64,000 nt of DNA from Chiloscyllium plagiosum (lineage: Eukaryota): contig NC_057711.1 in assembly GCF_004010195.1 (NCBI RefSeq), positions 80,810,420 to 80,874,419 on the forward strand, written 5' to 3'. The notes below the pieces were generated by a model. It was not told the origin of the DNA. It saw only the letters and a program-made list of their open reading frames with translations, and searched no databases. How positions within the stretch are numbered: position 1 is the first letter of the stretch; each line of letters starts with the position of its first letter. Made by a program: the position numbers and the translations under genes. Positions 51,470-64,000 of this stretch are shown here, one piece after another.

Positions 51470-52385
51470 AGAAATATGGCAACTTGCAATACAAATTCAG
51501 GCCTTTCAACTGGTTAAGCTTGTGTGCCTCATTTAAAGAGCAGTTGAGCTTAGTCCTAAATCTCCTCTACTAGAATTTAACCCTATAAAGTTCTTAATCT
51601 TCAAGGAATTGTCCAATTTCAGTTACAATTTTTTAGAATCAATTTCCATCACCTTTCAAATAGAGATTTTCTGATTCTAATAGCTTCTCTCCTCTCTAGA
51701 TTTTTGCCAGAGATTCTGAATTTATGACTTCTAATTAATATCCTACTTACCCAGAGAAGAATCATTCCCTCTACTTCATCAAAATATCTCAGTATCATGA
51801 ATACTTATATTCAGTCATTGCATAAATCTCTCTGCTTCAAGGAATACAGTGCTAATTTCTCCAACCTCCCCTAATCACAGACAGCTTCAGGGCATCTTGA
51901 CAAATTCTGATCAATCTTTAGGCCTTTCCTAATTGTGGTGCCCAGAATTGGTCACAATACTGCAGTTGATGCTTGATGACTAAATACGAAAATTCTATAA
52001 TGACTTCTTTAGTAAAACTTTTTGTAAATTAACCAACTCCGAAATGTTCAAAACATTTCTTTTCTTATATTTTTATATGCTCAAAAAGGTTTGTCAATTT
52101 TTTTCCCCCACAACCATGAAAACTTGGGCTATTTTTCTGCACTGCTTTCTACAAAATGGTCAGTTAATTAATCAACATTCATTGATTCATGTACTGATAT
52201 TATCAAGTGAATGCAAGAATAAGGCTGCATTAATTTACATTTGCCAGATTACTCCTTCTTTGAAAAAGTTACTGATTGGAGATATCACTGGTACTAAATG
52301 CCTTTTGTCAACCTTTTCAAAGAACTGTGCTGCAAACCAACAATGCAGTTCCTGTGTGCCTAACAGAGTCAATGTTCTCTGCCCA
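51470..52385 (-). mobile_element. Old CR1 3' fragment
   Basis: AGGCCTTTCAACTGG and GTGGTGCCCAGAATTGGTCACAATACT follow the CR1 3' pattern seen at 12100-12700. Confidence 0.55.
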
Positions 52386-52695
52386 TTGATTAGATTAGAT
52401 TGGAAATAGGCCCTTCGGCCCAACAAGTCCACACCGACCCGTCGAAGCGCAACCCACCCAGACCCATTCCCCTACATTTACCCCTTCACCTAACACTACG
52501 GGCAACTTAGCATGGCCAATTCACCTAACCTGCACATTTTTTTTGGATTGTGGGAGGAAACCATAGCACCCGGAGGAAACCCACACAGACATGGGGTGTA
52601 TGTGCAAACTCCACACAGATAGTTGCCCGAGGCTGGAATTGAACCCGGGTCTCTGACGCTGTGAGGCAGCAGTGCTAACCACTGTGCCACCCATT
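52385..52695 (-). mobile_element. HE1-type V-SINE
   Basis: Highly similar to 16538-16870. Confidence 0.9.
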
Positions 52696-53239
52696 GTTGC
52701 ACACCCCTAAGCAACTTGTCTAACTTTTGTCAATTATCGTTTAGATTGCCAGAGTTTATCAATTTCAATCAAAACGTATGCAAGGGTGAAGTTTAACCAA
52801 ACTAAACGTGCATAAGAAATTTTTAAGATTTTCCAAGTTTTCTAGCCAAGGTACGCTTGATGGGTGATTTGAAGCAAATACAGTCTCAAACTCCTATGAC
52901 ACTACATGTTTCAATAACCAAGTTGCTGGATCAAGTCATCTTGCCCCAATAAACATACCTGCAGACTTCTCTGATAAAAATACTGCATTACCTGTCTGCT
53001 AATGGAGCACCAGCTCAGCACTAAAATGTTTCATTAGCAGACACCTCATTCAAACATCATCTGATTAAATGACCCTGCCTTTTTATCCCCCCTTTGTCCA
53101 TAGCTTCATGTCCACCTTGCTACTGAGAATAATCACATATGATGCGAGAGTACGACATGGACAGCAGAGGATATTCCAAGTGTAAACATTACATCAAAAT
53201 TCTGTGTCCAGGGTGGGTTAAGGAAGAACAAGAAAGAGA

Positions 53240-53397
53240 TTAAAAACTGAAAGAGATTAAAAACTGAAAGAGCTGTGGATGCTGTAAATCAGAAACAACA
53301 AACAGGAGGTTGCTGGAAAAGCCAAGCAGGTCTGGCAGCATCTGTGAAGAGAAATCAAAGCTAATGTTTCTGGATCCAATGACCCTTCCTCAGTACC
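53240..53397 (-). mobile_element. Solo Penelope-like terminus with degenerate hammerhead, 9-bp TSD
   Basis: Minus strand reads CTGAGGA-A-GGGTC-ATTG-GATCC-A-GAAA-CATTAG...CAGATGCTGCCAGACCTGC. AGAAAGAGA occurs at 53231-53239 and 53398-53406. Confidence 0.7.
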
Positions 53398-53399
53398 AG

Positions 53400-54110
53400 A
53401 AAGAGAACTGTATTAGCCGTGGCTACAAGAGCTGGTCACGAGTTGGGAATTCTGCAACAAGTAATCAACCTCCCAATTAATTAAAACCAATTCATTGGAA
53501 TCCTGCCTAGCAGCAGGAGACAATGAGATATTATCTACTTGCTTGAACAAGTGCAGTTGCAGCAACTCTCAAAAGCTCCATACCACCCAAGAAAAAGCAC
53601 CTCATCCACCACTTAAAAATGCACTCCCTCTACCAGCAGCACACAGACCCAGTTATACAGAATATTTACAAGGTTCAATCCAACAAGTAGGCAAATCTTC
53701 TTTGTCAGCAAAATTCCCGACAAGTTGCATAGCCACACAGATTCCTCCCAAGTCAGCATATGCAGATCGACATGCTGACGCACTGAGTTCTGGTTTTAGA
53801 AATTGTTGCCATGCACAGACATTGGAAGTCCTTACATTAAAGAGAAAAAAAAGAGGGAATATACCTTCCAAACCTGTATCACCATCACCTCGAAGTACAA
53901 CAGCGTCAGCTGCATGAGAACACCACCAAGTTTCCTGCCAAGTCATAACGTCTCACGCATCACAAAGTCAGTGCTTCAAATGCCTGGAACCCACTTCCTA
54001 ACAGCAAGTGGAGTGTCTCCACATACCTTGGGCTACAGCTTTTCCAGTCAGGTCACCATCACCTTCTTAAAGTTTAATTAGGAAATGGCAATACTCATCA
54101 CTTGAATGGA
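53400..54110 (+). mobile_element. L2-like LINE 3' fragment
   Basis: GAGAACACCACCAAGTTTCCTGCCAAGTCA...CCTGGAACCCACTTCCTAACAGCA is collinear with 8170-8340. Confidence 0.55.
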
Positions 54111-54959
54111 GTTTTAGAACTGGATCATCTTTTTGATAATATAACTACGTTTTCTAAAAACCATTTACAACAGGAGTTATTGCCAAAAAATATGGAAATA
54201 ATTTTATGCAGTTAAGTTATGGCAGGTACTTAGGTAGATGGTTTCCATCAATGATACAAAGATTATATTGCTAACTGAAGTGTCTACATAGGTCATACTA
54301 TGCTAAAATTTGCTTTCCTATTTACAAAGAAACTTGCCCATTTTCAGCAATTCAGCATCATTAGTGACTGATTGAATGAAGTGCAGCTTTAAGTGGTCGG
54401 TGGAATTCTTATTAAAATACTTATAAATTTAAGAACAACTACAAATCTCAACAATTTGCTGTAGACCAAGAGCCACTTTTGAAACTGACAGTGATAGGAA
54501 ACATTTATTTATACTTCTGATTACCAATTAATGTTATGAGGGCATTTTAAACAGTTGCCGTCAGACATTAGAGTCACACAGGAATTCTATTGTATGCCAA
54601 TTCATTCACATGGAGGTCTGATGTTACGGTGTAAATATACAAATCATTAACAGCATTTATTGCTGAAAGTGGGAAATGGGTTGCTGTGTGGATAGAAAAG
54701 TAAACTTATGTAGCACTTGCTAACGTACAAAGCTCCAATTCATACTGAAGCCTTACATCTTTCATCACAAAGAATACAGGAGCTTGGCTCTCAGAAGAAG
54801 GAAAGACGACTTCAAACTTATACCCAACTCATAGACATTGGTCACAACAACAGCTGCATGGACAAGGTGAAGTATTGTAGGTTACCTTTATAACTTTGAA
54901 CACAGCACAAACACTGTATGCATTTTTTTTAAAAAAAGGCAACATATGGCTCAATGCCA

Positions 54960-55480
54960 AAATACTTCTGTTATACAGGACACTGATGAGACCACTGCTC
55001 CTTCTTTAAAGAAGAATGTAGATGCACTGGAGATAGTTCAGAGGAGTTTAATGGATTGACGAGGATAAGCTAGTCAGTCAGGGCTTATTTCCCCCGGAGT
55101 TTAGAAGAGTTAAGAATGACTTGACTAAAGTTTAAATGATCCAGAATGGCCTGGAATGAGAAGGTGGGCATGGAAAAGATATTTTGTCGTTCAGGGTGCC
55201 CAAAAGAGGGGGCACTCTTTCAAAATTAGAAGGTCATTCTTCAAGGACAAAGATGAGAACTTATTTACTCCAGAGAGTTGTCTGACTTTCAGTAGGAGTA
55301 GGGTCATTAAATACTTCGAAAGCAGAGGTAGATTGATTCCCTTACCGAAGAAGAATTTAAGGTTAATCAGGGAAAATATAAATGTGGAAGTCAAAACACA
55401 AACTAAATTAGGCATAATCTTTCTTGAATGATAGAGAAGGGTCAAAGTGCCGAATGGTCTACTTCTGCTCCTATTTCATA
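54960..55480 (+). mobile_element. Old CR1 3' fragment
   Basis: RGHSFKIR and GCCGAATGGTCTACTTCTGCTCCTATT-type CR1 tail. Confidence 0.65.
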
Positions 55481-58314
55481 ATATTTTAATGGTCCAGACC
55501 TGAAAATTATGAAAATCAAGTTAGAGAACATTAATTTACTTTTTATAGCAAAATATATTCATATGGTGATTTGAAGGCGAACTTCTCATTTTAAGTATCA
55601 TGTGACACACACTAGACATGCATTTGTTGCCCCATACTTTATCTTTAATTATAGTCATACTAAGCAGATATGAACTACTTGTGGTCATAAACATATACCT
55701 ACGTAGCCATTTTAAAATGTTTAATTTCCACATATTCATTAATAATACGGTTTGACTCAAAAAGCCAGAAAATAAAATGTTACATCTAGTTTTATGTGTT
55801 CTTGAATACAGGAAATATGTAAATTATGCTACAAAAAAAAAAGGAAAATACAAGTTCACTGACATTCTTCAAACCTCTTTAACCTTAGCAATCATTTTTA
55901 TAGCAAATAATTTCCCAGAATTGTTTGTACCTTTTTCTGAATCTTATGAACATATGATTTAAAAACAATCACACTTGCAAGAATTGTCACATGGATACCC
56001 TTTCATTTGTAAATTGCAACACTATAATGCACAATGAGAAAATCCAATGTTGCACTTTTGCTCATTAATGAATAATTTAAGATGATCTGTGCCAAGCACA
56101 AAGAGAAGAAGAAATCGAAGGCTGTCAGACTACCACAAATGGCTTATTGACCTCAAGCCAATTCTCATTTCCATTTATTTTTTAAAGCAGACTCATGACA
56201 AAGGCATTCCTTCATGTCACTCAAATAAAACAGCATACTAATGTATTCTAGTGTTCCATTAATTGATTGTTTAATAAATGAGGAGCCGGAACCAAATTGT
56301 TAAAAGTGTAACAGCACATCAAATACCTTCCATCAACACTGTGGTTTGAGAAAGCATACTGCAAACAGAAAAAACAATTGTCAAGTTCAAGAATTTACAA
56401 GTGTTTTCAAGGTTTGAGTTTGAGAAGAAAAATTAAACTGTGGTTTACATCAGTTCTCATTTTTTATGATCTGTGGGAATGCAAAAGCTACAGAATGGCT
56501 TATCAAACCAAAATTTAAAATCGGTGCAAGTGCCACTGCCAAAATTAGCACTCCCAAAAGCACTTAAAAAATTTTTTAATTCCTTGAAATTTAATTTGTT
56601 CCAGATAGTCTCCATAGCAACACGGATGCAATCCCTAAATCATTGAGTAATTGGAGATCTTGTCTTTTCTCTCACTCCAAAATTCAAATGATTTCTTCCG
56701 TGTACAGATCTCTGACGTGACACTTAGGAATCCACAGTCATTCCCAGTTTACAGAATCATTAATACGAAGAAAGTCAAAACTTGGTGTTTTAATTCATTG
56801 GTAGACAATAGTTTTACTCATGCTTGTGTTGTGTTATCTCCAGATTAAACCATTCTAAATCGTCCACAAAGAGCCTCTCTTCCACTACCCTCCATAAACA
56901 TGTATACATGCAAAGTTCTGTTGGCTTATAATAGACTAATAGAATTTATTGCAAGATATCTACCACACTCGCTGACTTCCATTTGCTCCCACACCAGCAA
57001 TGCCTCTATTTTAAAATCCTCATCCTCATGTTCAATGCTTCCATGGGCTCAATCCTTCCCATTTCCGCAATTTGAACCTATTGTCTAACTCTCAGAAAAG
57101 TCAATGCTTTTGTATATCCTTCACTTCTTTTGGTATGACAATAGCATTTCACTAGTGACAACATTTTCAAATGTTGACCAAGCTCCTCAGGAGACAGACA
57201 CCGATTGCAACCAATAGGGTACCCCTCGGTGTCCAGTACTCCCCAGGAGCTGAAAAACCATGCCATGTTCTTCACAGCCTGCAACACATTGATGAGGATG
57301 AGCATCTCACCAAGATCTTCCCTATGCCTCCATTTCTCCCCTTTAATCAACTGCCAAGCCTTAAACAGACACTTGTTCGCAGCAAACTGTCCAGCCTTCA
57401 GGACATTGACCACAACACATGCAGTGGTCGACATGACAGGGTTGTAAGATGTGTCAGAGTGTCGACAAGGTACTACCATTACACATATGGACACCACCCA
57501 CCACGTATGGAGCAGACACTCATGTGACTTGGCCAACATTGTCTATCTCATATGCTGCAGCAAGGATGCCCTGAAGCACAGTACATTGGCAAGACCAAGC
57601 AGACGCTACAACAGTGGATGAATGGACACCACATAACAATCAACAGACAGGGGTGTTCCCTCCCAGTCGGGAACACATCAGTGGTCAGGGACATTCAGTC
57701 TCAGATCGTCGGGTGACCATCCTCCAAGGCAGACTTTGGGATAGGCAACAGCACAGAGTCACGGAGCAGAGGCTGACTGCCATGTTCAGTAGCAACAAGG
57801 ATGGCCTCAACCGAGGTTCATGTCACACTACAGGTGACCCCATTACACATCTCTCTCTCTCTCTAACAGGTTTATACTCTATCACACCCACACTTTACCA
57901 AGCTTTCACACATGCAAACACATTCTCCCAGGTGCACTCACATGCACACATTCACTTTTTCTCTCTCTCATGCACACGCACTCACATACGAGTCTATGGA
58001 GTGAATTTGTATTTCCAGAATTATATTTGCAGATACATTCTATTTTGCTAAAAAAAATGCACAATCTTCAAGCAGTCAATACATGCAATGTTTTGTAAAT
58101 TCCACTTTGGAAATTGAACCAGTCTGACTCAAGGTTGGGATACAGCCAGACTCTAACCTCACACCTTTTAGGTGACATCTTAGCTCAGACAATGCATTAG
58201 TTATCTCGAGAAGGTGACTTAAAAGACATTCTGGGATTTACATACTAATGAACCGAAACCTGCAATCCATTCTAAAAGATGAACGACTTAACAACAATCC
58301 AGGTTTGTTCAATA

Positions 58315-58473
58315 CAGAGGAACCTCGATTGTCCGAATGACACGAGCAGGGAGTATATTGTTTGGATAATCGAATGCTGGATAACAGTGTGGCCAAGCGT
58401 CGAGACCTTGCGATCTTGTTCGGATAATCCGAAATTCAGATAATCGAATGCTGGATAATTGAGGTTTGTTGTG
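58315..58473. mobile_element. Tc1/pogo(Tigger)-type MITE inserted into the Penelope-like element
   Basis: TA|CAGAGGAACCTCGATTGTCC at the left and GGATAATTGAGGTTTGTTGTG|TA at the right, with repeated internal GATAATCGAATGCTGGATAA. Confidence 0.8.
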
Positions 58474-58545
58474 TATCATTTCAGTTGCATGACACTGTAA
58501 TATTTTGCGATAAATTCTGTGTCTTATAGTCTTATTCTCCACAAC

Positions 58546-58580
58546 CACCTGACGAAGGAACAGTGCTCTGAAAGCTAGTG
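58546..58580 (+). ncRNA. Minimal type I hammerhead ribozyme motif (second family)
   Basis: CAC-CTGACGA-A-GGAAC-AGT-GCTCT-GAAA-G-CTA-GTG: 3-bp stem I CAC/GTG, imperfect stem II, palindromic AGCU stem III, CUA triplet. Confidence 0.65.
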
Positions 58581-61500
58581 CTTCCAAATAAATCTGTTGG
58601 ACTATAACCTGGTGTTGTGTGATTTTTAACTTTGTCCACCCCAGTCAAACACCAGCTCTTCCACATCATGGTGACCAAGTTTTCGATCAACTTTGTTGGC
58701 TAATGTCATTGTTTTTTTGTCCGATTACACTTCTGGGTAATTACACATTGGGATACCATACGATATTAAAACCCTCAAATGAATGCAAGTTGTTATACCA
58801 CAACAAACCAAAAGGATACAATATTTTAGTAATGTCTTTAAGCAGCTACAACAAAACTAACCCAAACAAAATTTTTAATGGGGAAGTTTGTTAATCAATG
58901 GATTACAAAGGGCACAACTCGGATAAAAGGAAATAAGATTTTACTACAGTCTAAACATTTTAGATTTCAGACATTAGTTTTAGTCAAACTTACAAATGAA
59001 ATGTGCAAGATTCAGAGAAATTTCTCACTAACGAAACTTTCTCTCAAAATAAACGGACAAACTCCATACAAATTAGAAACTACCCCAAGTTAGCCATGAA
59101 TAGTTCGAAATTCATATGTAATAGAGCAAAATGTGCTCGCCAATTAGTGTTTTGTTTATAAATCTGAATAGTTTCTTTTAAGATAAACATAGAATAAAGC
59201 ATTTTTCATCTTCCAAATTCCTGTTACTAGAAAATAGTCTTTAGTAGCTGCTGTTCACTTTAATGCAAATATTCACATTGCACAGCTGCAACTGTGAATA
59301 TTGTTGAATCATAGCCAACTGACAGAAACTTAGCTGTCATCGAGATGCTGGGAGTCTCCTTCTCACATCTTTAGTATGTCATGACTCTCCTTGGCATAAA
59401 TGCCTCACACTGTTACCCATGGTTGTAACTTGTTTTCAACACATCCCAACATATTTAATTTATTCAGCTTTATCACCATGCAGTAGCAATGAGGTGAACA
59501 TTGCAACCTGAAATCACATGAATGCAAATAACTTGGCGCTCCACCCAAATTATATTGAGACGCCTTCCATTTGATGTTGGTCAGCAGGCTCCCCGAGTGC
59601 TCATTTGTAAAAATAGGTTTGCTTGCCATTAAAGTTATTCAGATTTCGTACTGAAGTATTTTAGCAAAGAAAGCCAAGCCTGTTCTACTCATACAGTAGT
59701 AGCCCATTGGGAACCTATGCAGTTGCAGCACTAGATCCACGAGTCTATTAAAAGTTTCAAATTAAATGACAGGAGGTAAATGCAAATGGTTGAGCAAAAG
59801 AAGTACTAATTTAAACCATGGAAGAAAATAATTACTTGGGTACAAACAGTATATCTGAAAATAAAACTACTTTATTTTTTGAGACTAGACTTCCAAACTT
59901 AATTCTATACTCCTGCTTTTTCAGTTCATTGCATTATACAGCCAAGCTACAACACAGAACCTAATGAAGCAAAGATCCATGCCATCCTCTAAACCCATAC
60001 AGCCAGCTCTTCTATAATTAACAGGAGCTTTTCATGATTCATCCAAAGACAGCAATTGGATCTCAGAGTCAATTTCTCCAGCCATCACCAATGCTTTCCA
60101 ACAGCCTTGCCCTTCTAATGCAAAATCCATACTCCCATAGCCGTGCAAAATGCTAAACAAGCAGTATTGGCAATTCACTCGAGTGCTGTAATATATTTAC
60201 TGCAAATCCTCATGGCATGACTCCTAATATAGTTTTTATTGTGTCTGCACTTGTCAATACAGTGACTGGTCACTGTCTGGATAATCTGCCAAGAGCAACT
60301 GTTTACCCAAGACAGCAATAGGATACACAAGCCGTGTAAAGCTTTAACTGTCAAGATTCCCTGGCTCTTGTCAATGGCCTTTAATTAACAGTTCACTTTA
60401 TAAACTTTAGACCTCATCAGTAATGCCTTACAAAGAAAGATGTGGGGAGAGAAGTGCCAGACAGGCCATGCAGTTGAGGTGCTGATTTGTTTACATAAAT
60501 AAAGTAAACATGGTTTAATTTAATTTCAGCCAACAATTAGTTTCAGCTTATTGTTTAGAATTGTACAATGAAATTAATTTATATAAAACTTTGGACTTAA
60601 AAAATCCTCAAATCAGTTTTCAAGGTAGTTACCTACATTAGTTCCCTTCAATTAAATGATAAATACGTATATGGAACATTCTTAAAAAAAAACTTTCCAT
60701 GTCAGGCTCCTCATTTTGTTCTAGTCATCTAGATGCAAATAAACATAAACATGGTTTTGAGTAACAATTCCCAAAATGGAAAACAAAGTAATAAGACTAT
60801 TTTATCCCAATCTGATAATAACTAAATTTAAATGAGCATTCAAATCCTTAAAAGGGGTCTTTAGGCCAGAAGATCCAGGTTCAAGCAATGTCTGCTGAGT
60901 GGTGCATTATAACACATTTAAATAAGTTGATTAAAAATATTTTCAAATCCCTATTCAGCTGTCAATACAGACAGCAAATTACATTTAGAATTGACCAAAG
61001 GCTGAAATCCAACTTAATATCTCCCATTGAGAAAAATACAGAAATATAAACTTGGTCACTTACAAAATAAGCTTTTTGCATTGTTATTATAATTCAGTAT
61101 AAACAAACAATTAATTTGAAAGAGGTTCAGTTTCATTACAACAAAACAACACCTGAGAGAGACATGGTGATATCAATGACTCACCAAATGCAAGACTCAA
61201 CTTGAACACAATGTCAGAAAAATTAATGACACAAGTCACCTACAGCACCCTCAAGCAACACAATTGAATCTAATGAGAAAAGGGAGATTAAAATTTCCAG
61301 TATCAGCACTTGCAATTACTCAGCCACTTTGAAGAACCCAAGGGAACCCTACCAAGGGCCATAGAAATGAAAATCTAATAAAGTGAACAGACCCAAAGAT
61401 ACAAGACGTATGACCTACACTGTAATTAAATGGGCCTTACAGATACCTCCACACAAATTGAGAGATCAACGTGAGACTAACAAATTAAAGAAATGGTAAA

Positions 61501-64000
61501 ACTTCATTATGACATCAGTTACAATAGGACAACAGATTTTCTTTTAACCATCATGCAGTTTGCAAAGAAACTGATACATCTTTGCGCAATAAGAACAGGA
61601 TCTTTCCTTTTAACAAATATTTGATTTAAATGAGACTGAAAATACATGCATTACTTAGTTTCAAATGAGTTTAGTTCCATGACTATACATATGAGTTCAC
61701 TGAAGTGTTGCTAAGCTACTTAAACCACTGGTCATCATAGTGTTACACACTAGTTGACAGGAGGCGTCATCATTTTCCTGTCATCAGCTAGCAACTCCCT
61801 GGTGCAATAATCTATGTCCATGACCTTCATGCCATGATTGTAAGCATTCTTGAAGTGGAGCTTTGGGGGTCCTACTTAAGTTGCCTGGTCCCGTTTACCT
61901 CAACATAATCGCTTGAGGACTGCTGTGTCTTCCATCCGCATGTGCCCAATCCATTAAACCAACTTTTGATGAGTGCTAACAAACGTGGGAGTTCTGCCAG
62001 AGTCTTGATTTTGTCCTGCCAGGATATAAACATCATATGCTGCAGATGGCAAAAGGTCAACAGTTGTATTACTTCACTCCACAGATGGAGTGTATCTCTG
62101 GTTTGTTCTTTTTTTATTACAATTCCCTTCTCCAATTTCAAGGATTCTTTTATTTACAGCTAAATTGAAACATTGCATATCCAGCATTGTGCAGTGCAAA
62201 TATTTTATTCAGCCATCACTTAAGCCAACCAAACATTGCATACCGATAATGTGAACTAACAAGATTTCCCGCTTCTACACAAACACCTAGTAGTAATCTC
62301 AAGGAAAGGCAAAATGCAACTCAACTCATACTAAATGGAGAGGCTAAGAATAGTATCCCATCTCAGATCAAGGATAGGTCAAAGAACTTATGTCAGACCA
62401 AAATACTTGAGAAGGGGAAAAATTCTGTCACTGGGAACACAGGTATCAGGGGACTGAAAGAGAGGAAAGAATGGAAAGGAACAACTAAACTTGAGACGTT
62501 TAGTTTCATCAATTTATTTAATAGCAGCAAATCTTCTTTGGTCATTTTCTATGAAAATGCATAACCATACATCTCAATAATACTTACTTCAAACATAGAA
62601 AATTGCATCCTTGCTGGCTTACTTTGGAAGAGACCAATCAGCCAATTAGCACTGCCAATAGCAGCAAAACCCATTATATATAATCGAAGTCCATCCTAGC
62701 CTAACTTATAATTAGTTTAATCAAATGTTATATCTGTTAGAACATAATATACAGTATTTTGTGCATCATCTGTACATTATCTGAAATTTCCAAAGGACAA
62801 GAATTCCATGTGACAACAAACAATTTAAAATGTTTCATATACTTAGGCACTATGTTCAGTACTACAGTCAACTAATCAGGACAAAAGTTAAATTAGCTTT
62901 AAAAGCTAGACTATAATCTCAATATTCAAAGTCATATTCAGATTACTAGATCAATGTTAATCTGAAAGTTAAAAAGGATGGCCAAGACTAGCTGCAGGAT
63001 CCTAGTTACTGAATAATGTCTCAATAACCAAAATATTTCTATTTTGGGTGAAAAGGAATTTTGTGAACATGAAGTAGAAATAACGAGATTCTTTCTGCCA
63101 AATCAATTTTGAAAGGCCACCAGTTAAACTGTGAGATCACAACACTCCACCTTTAATTATCTGCCTGTACATTATAGCAAGAAATCATTATACTCTGGAA
63201 CATTATGCAGGTTGATGTGAAGAGCTGAAACATTAACAACTGGAGTTTAAATCTTACTTCAAATCTTCCTTAAAATCCTCCTTAAAATCCTCCTTAAATC
63301 TTCCTTAAAATTTATCAGTACACTGTTGACCAGTAAGAAACCACATCTTTTTACACATTACTACTACATCAAAAAAAACTTGATGACATTCAGAAAATGA
63401 ATTTAAAAGTAACCAATAAAACAAAGCCAGTTCAAACAATGAATATTCCTCACTAGTCAAAATACAGAATTTTCTCAAGCCAGTACAAACATGAAAAAAC
63501 AATACAATTTTAATCAGTTAAAACTGACAACTGTAATCAATATCCACTCATCTTCTTACAACAAATGCTTCTAAATATGCTAAAAAAGTTATATTTAAAC
63601 AAAAACACGGATAGTTTTTTTCATGTTTTCAGTATTACACATGAACAAAAAGCACTTATGTCTGAATAAAAACCATTTGCTTACGACTCTACAACTCTGC
63701 AGGTGGTATCCTCAAAGACCAAGCAAAGTGCCTACAGAAGACAAACCTCAAGAAGAACATTTTCTCTTACAATGTTCACTTGCTATCTAGAGTATAAACT
63801 ATAAAAAGATAAGCCTGCTAGGAGCCTCACTAATGCCCAGTCATCTCCCAGAGAGATTTCTTGTCAAACGTAACCAGGCTGCATAAGCCTTTTCTACAGC
63901 ATAATGAGCACTTAGGCCACACTGGTGATCAGTCAGCAAAATGCTTCAGTTTCAACCAAGTTATACCTCTGGCCCCAAAAGTCATCTGTTTTGAAGAATT

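Larger units (their letters stand above)
57170..58670 (+). mobile_element. Penelope-like element 3' portion: GIY-YIG endonuclease, 3' region and hammerhead-bearing terminus
   Basis: Translates to NRVPLGVQYSPGAEK and CDLANIVYLICCS-(frameshift)-GCPEAQYIGKTKQTLQQWMNGH. The terminus matches the mini-elements at 14992 and 29286. Confidence 0.85.

Noticed and set aside
58340..58460. Repeated GATAATCGAATGCTGGATAA as a CRISPR-like array
   Set aside because: Only two full copies, inside a TA-flanked MITE in eukaryotic DNA, with no cas genes.
63280..63312. Short tandem repeats (AAATCYTCCTTA)n, and similar small duplications near 26388, 30526 and 36304
   Set aside because: Ordinary slippage duplications with no sign of function.
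40460..64000. Upstream TLE1 exons (for example YYEMSYGLNIEMHKQ)
   Set aside because: No matching minus-strand sequence was found by eye; probably beyond the right edge.

Overview
Repeat-rich vertebrate genomic DNA, almost certainly from a cartilaginous fish (shark), judging by the HE1-type V-SINEs, CR1 LINEs, a Deu-domain SINE and Penelope-like elements. The window lies inside one host gene on the minus strand: the Groucho-family co-repressor TLE1. Four coding exons with canonical AG/GT boundaries splice in frame: 40394-40456 (63 nt), 39350-39424 (75 nt, plus an alternative 30-nt extension), 23032-23236 (205 nt, GP domain) and a 17-nt microexon at 19196-19212. They encode the end of the Q domain, the GP domain and the start of the CcN region; the other exons were not found and presumably lie outside the window. 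The introns hold decayed CR1 and L2-like LINEs, six HE1 SINEs, other SINEs, two decayed Gypsy elements (one with Gmr1-like integrase-before-RT order), two Tc1/pogo-type MITEs and Penelope-like fragments. There are three main observations. First, the intron after the GP exon reads through to [12 protein letters not shown], resembling the C-terminus of the mammalian short isoform Grg1-S. Second, there is a set of tiny insertions, most flanked by target-site duplications (TSDs), made only of Penelope-type minimal hammerhead-ribozyme termini; several are fold-back palindromes centred on ribozyme landmarks. Third, transposon-poor intronic blocks contain enhancer-like motif clusters and an isolated 17-bp hairpin. 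Repeat boundaries are approximate, family names were assigned by eye, and no database searches were run.
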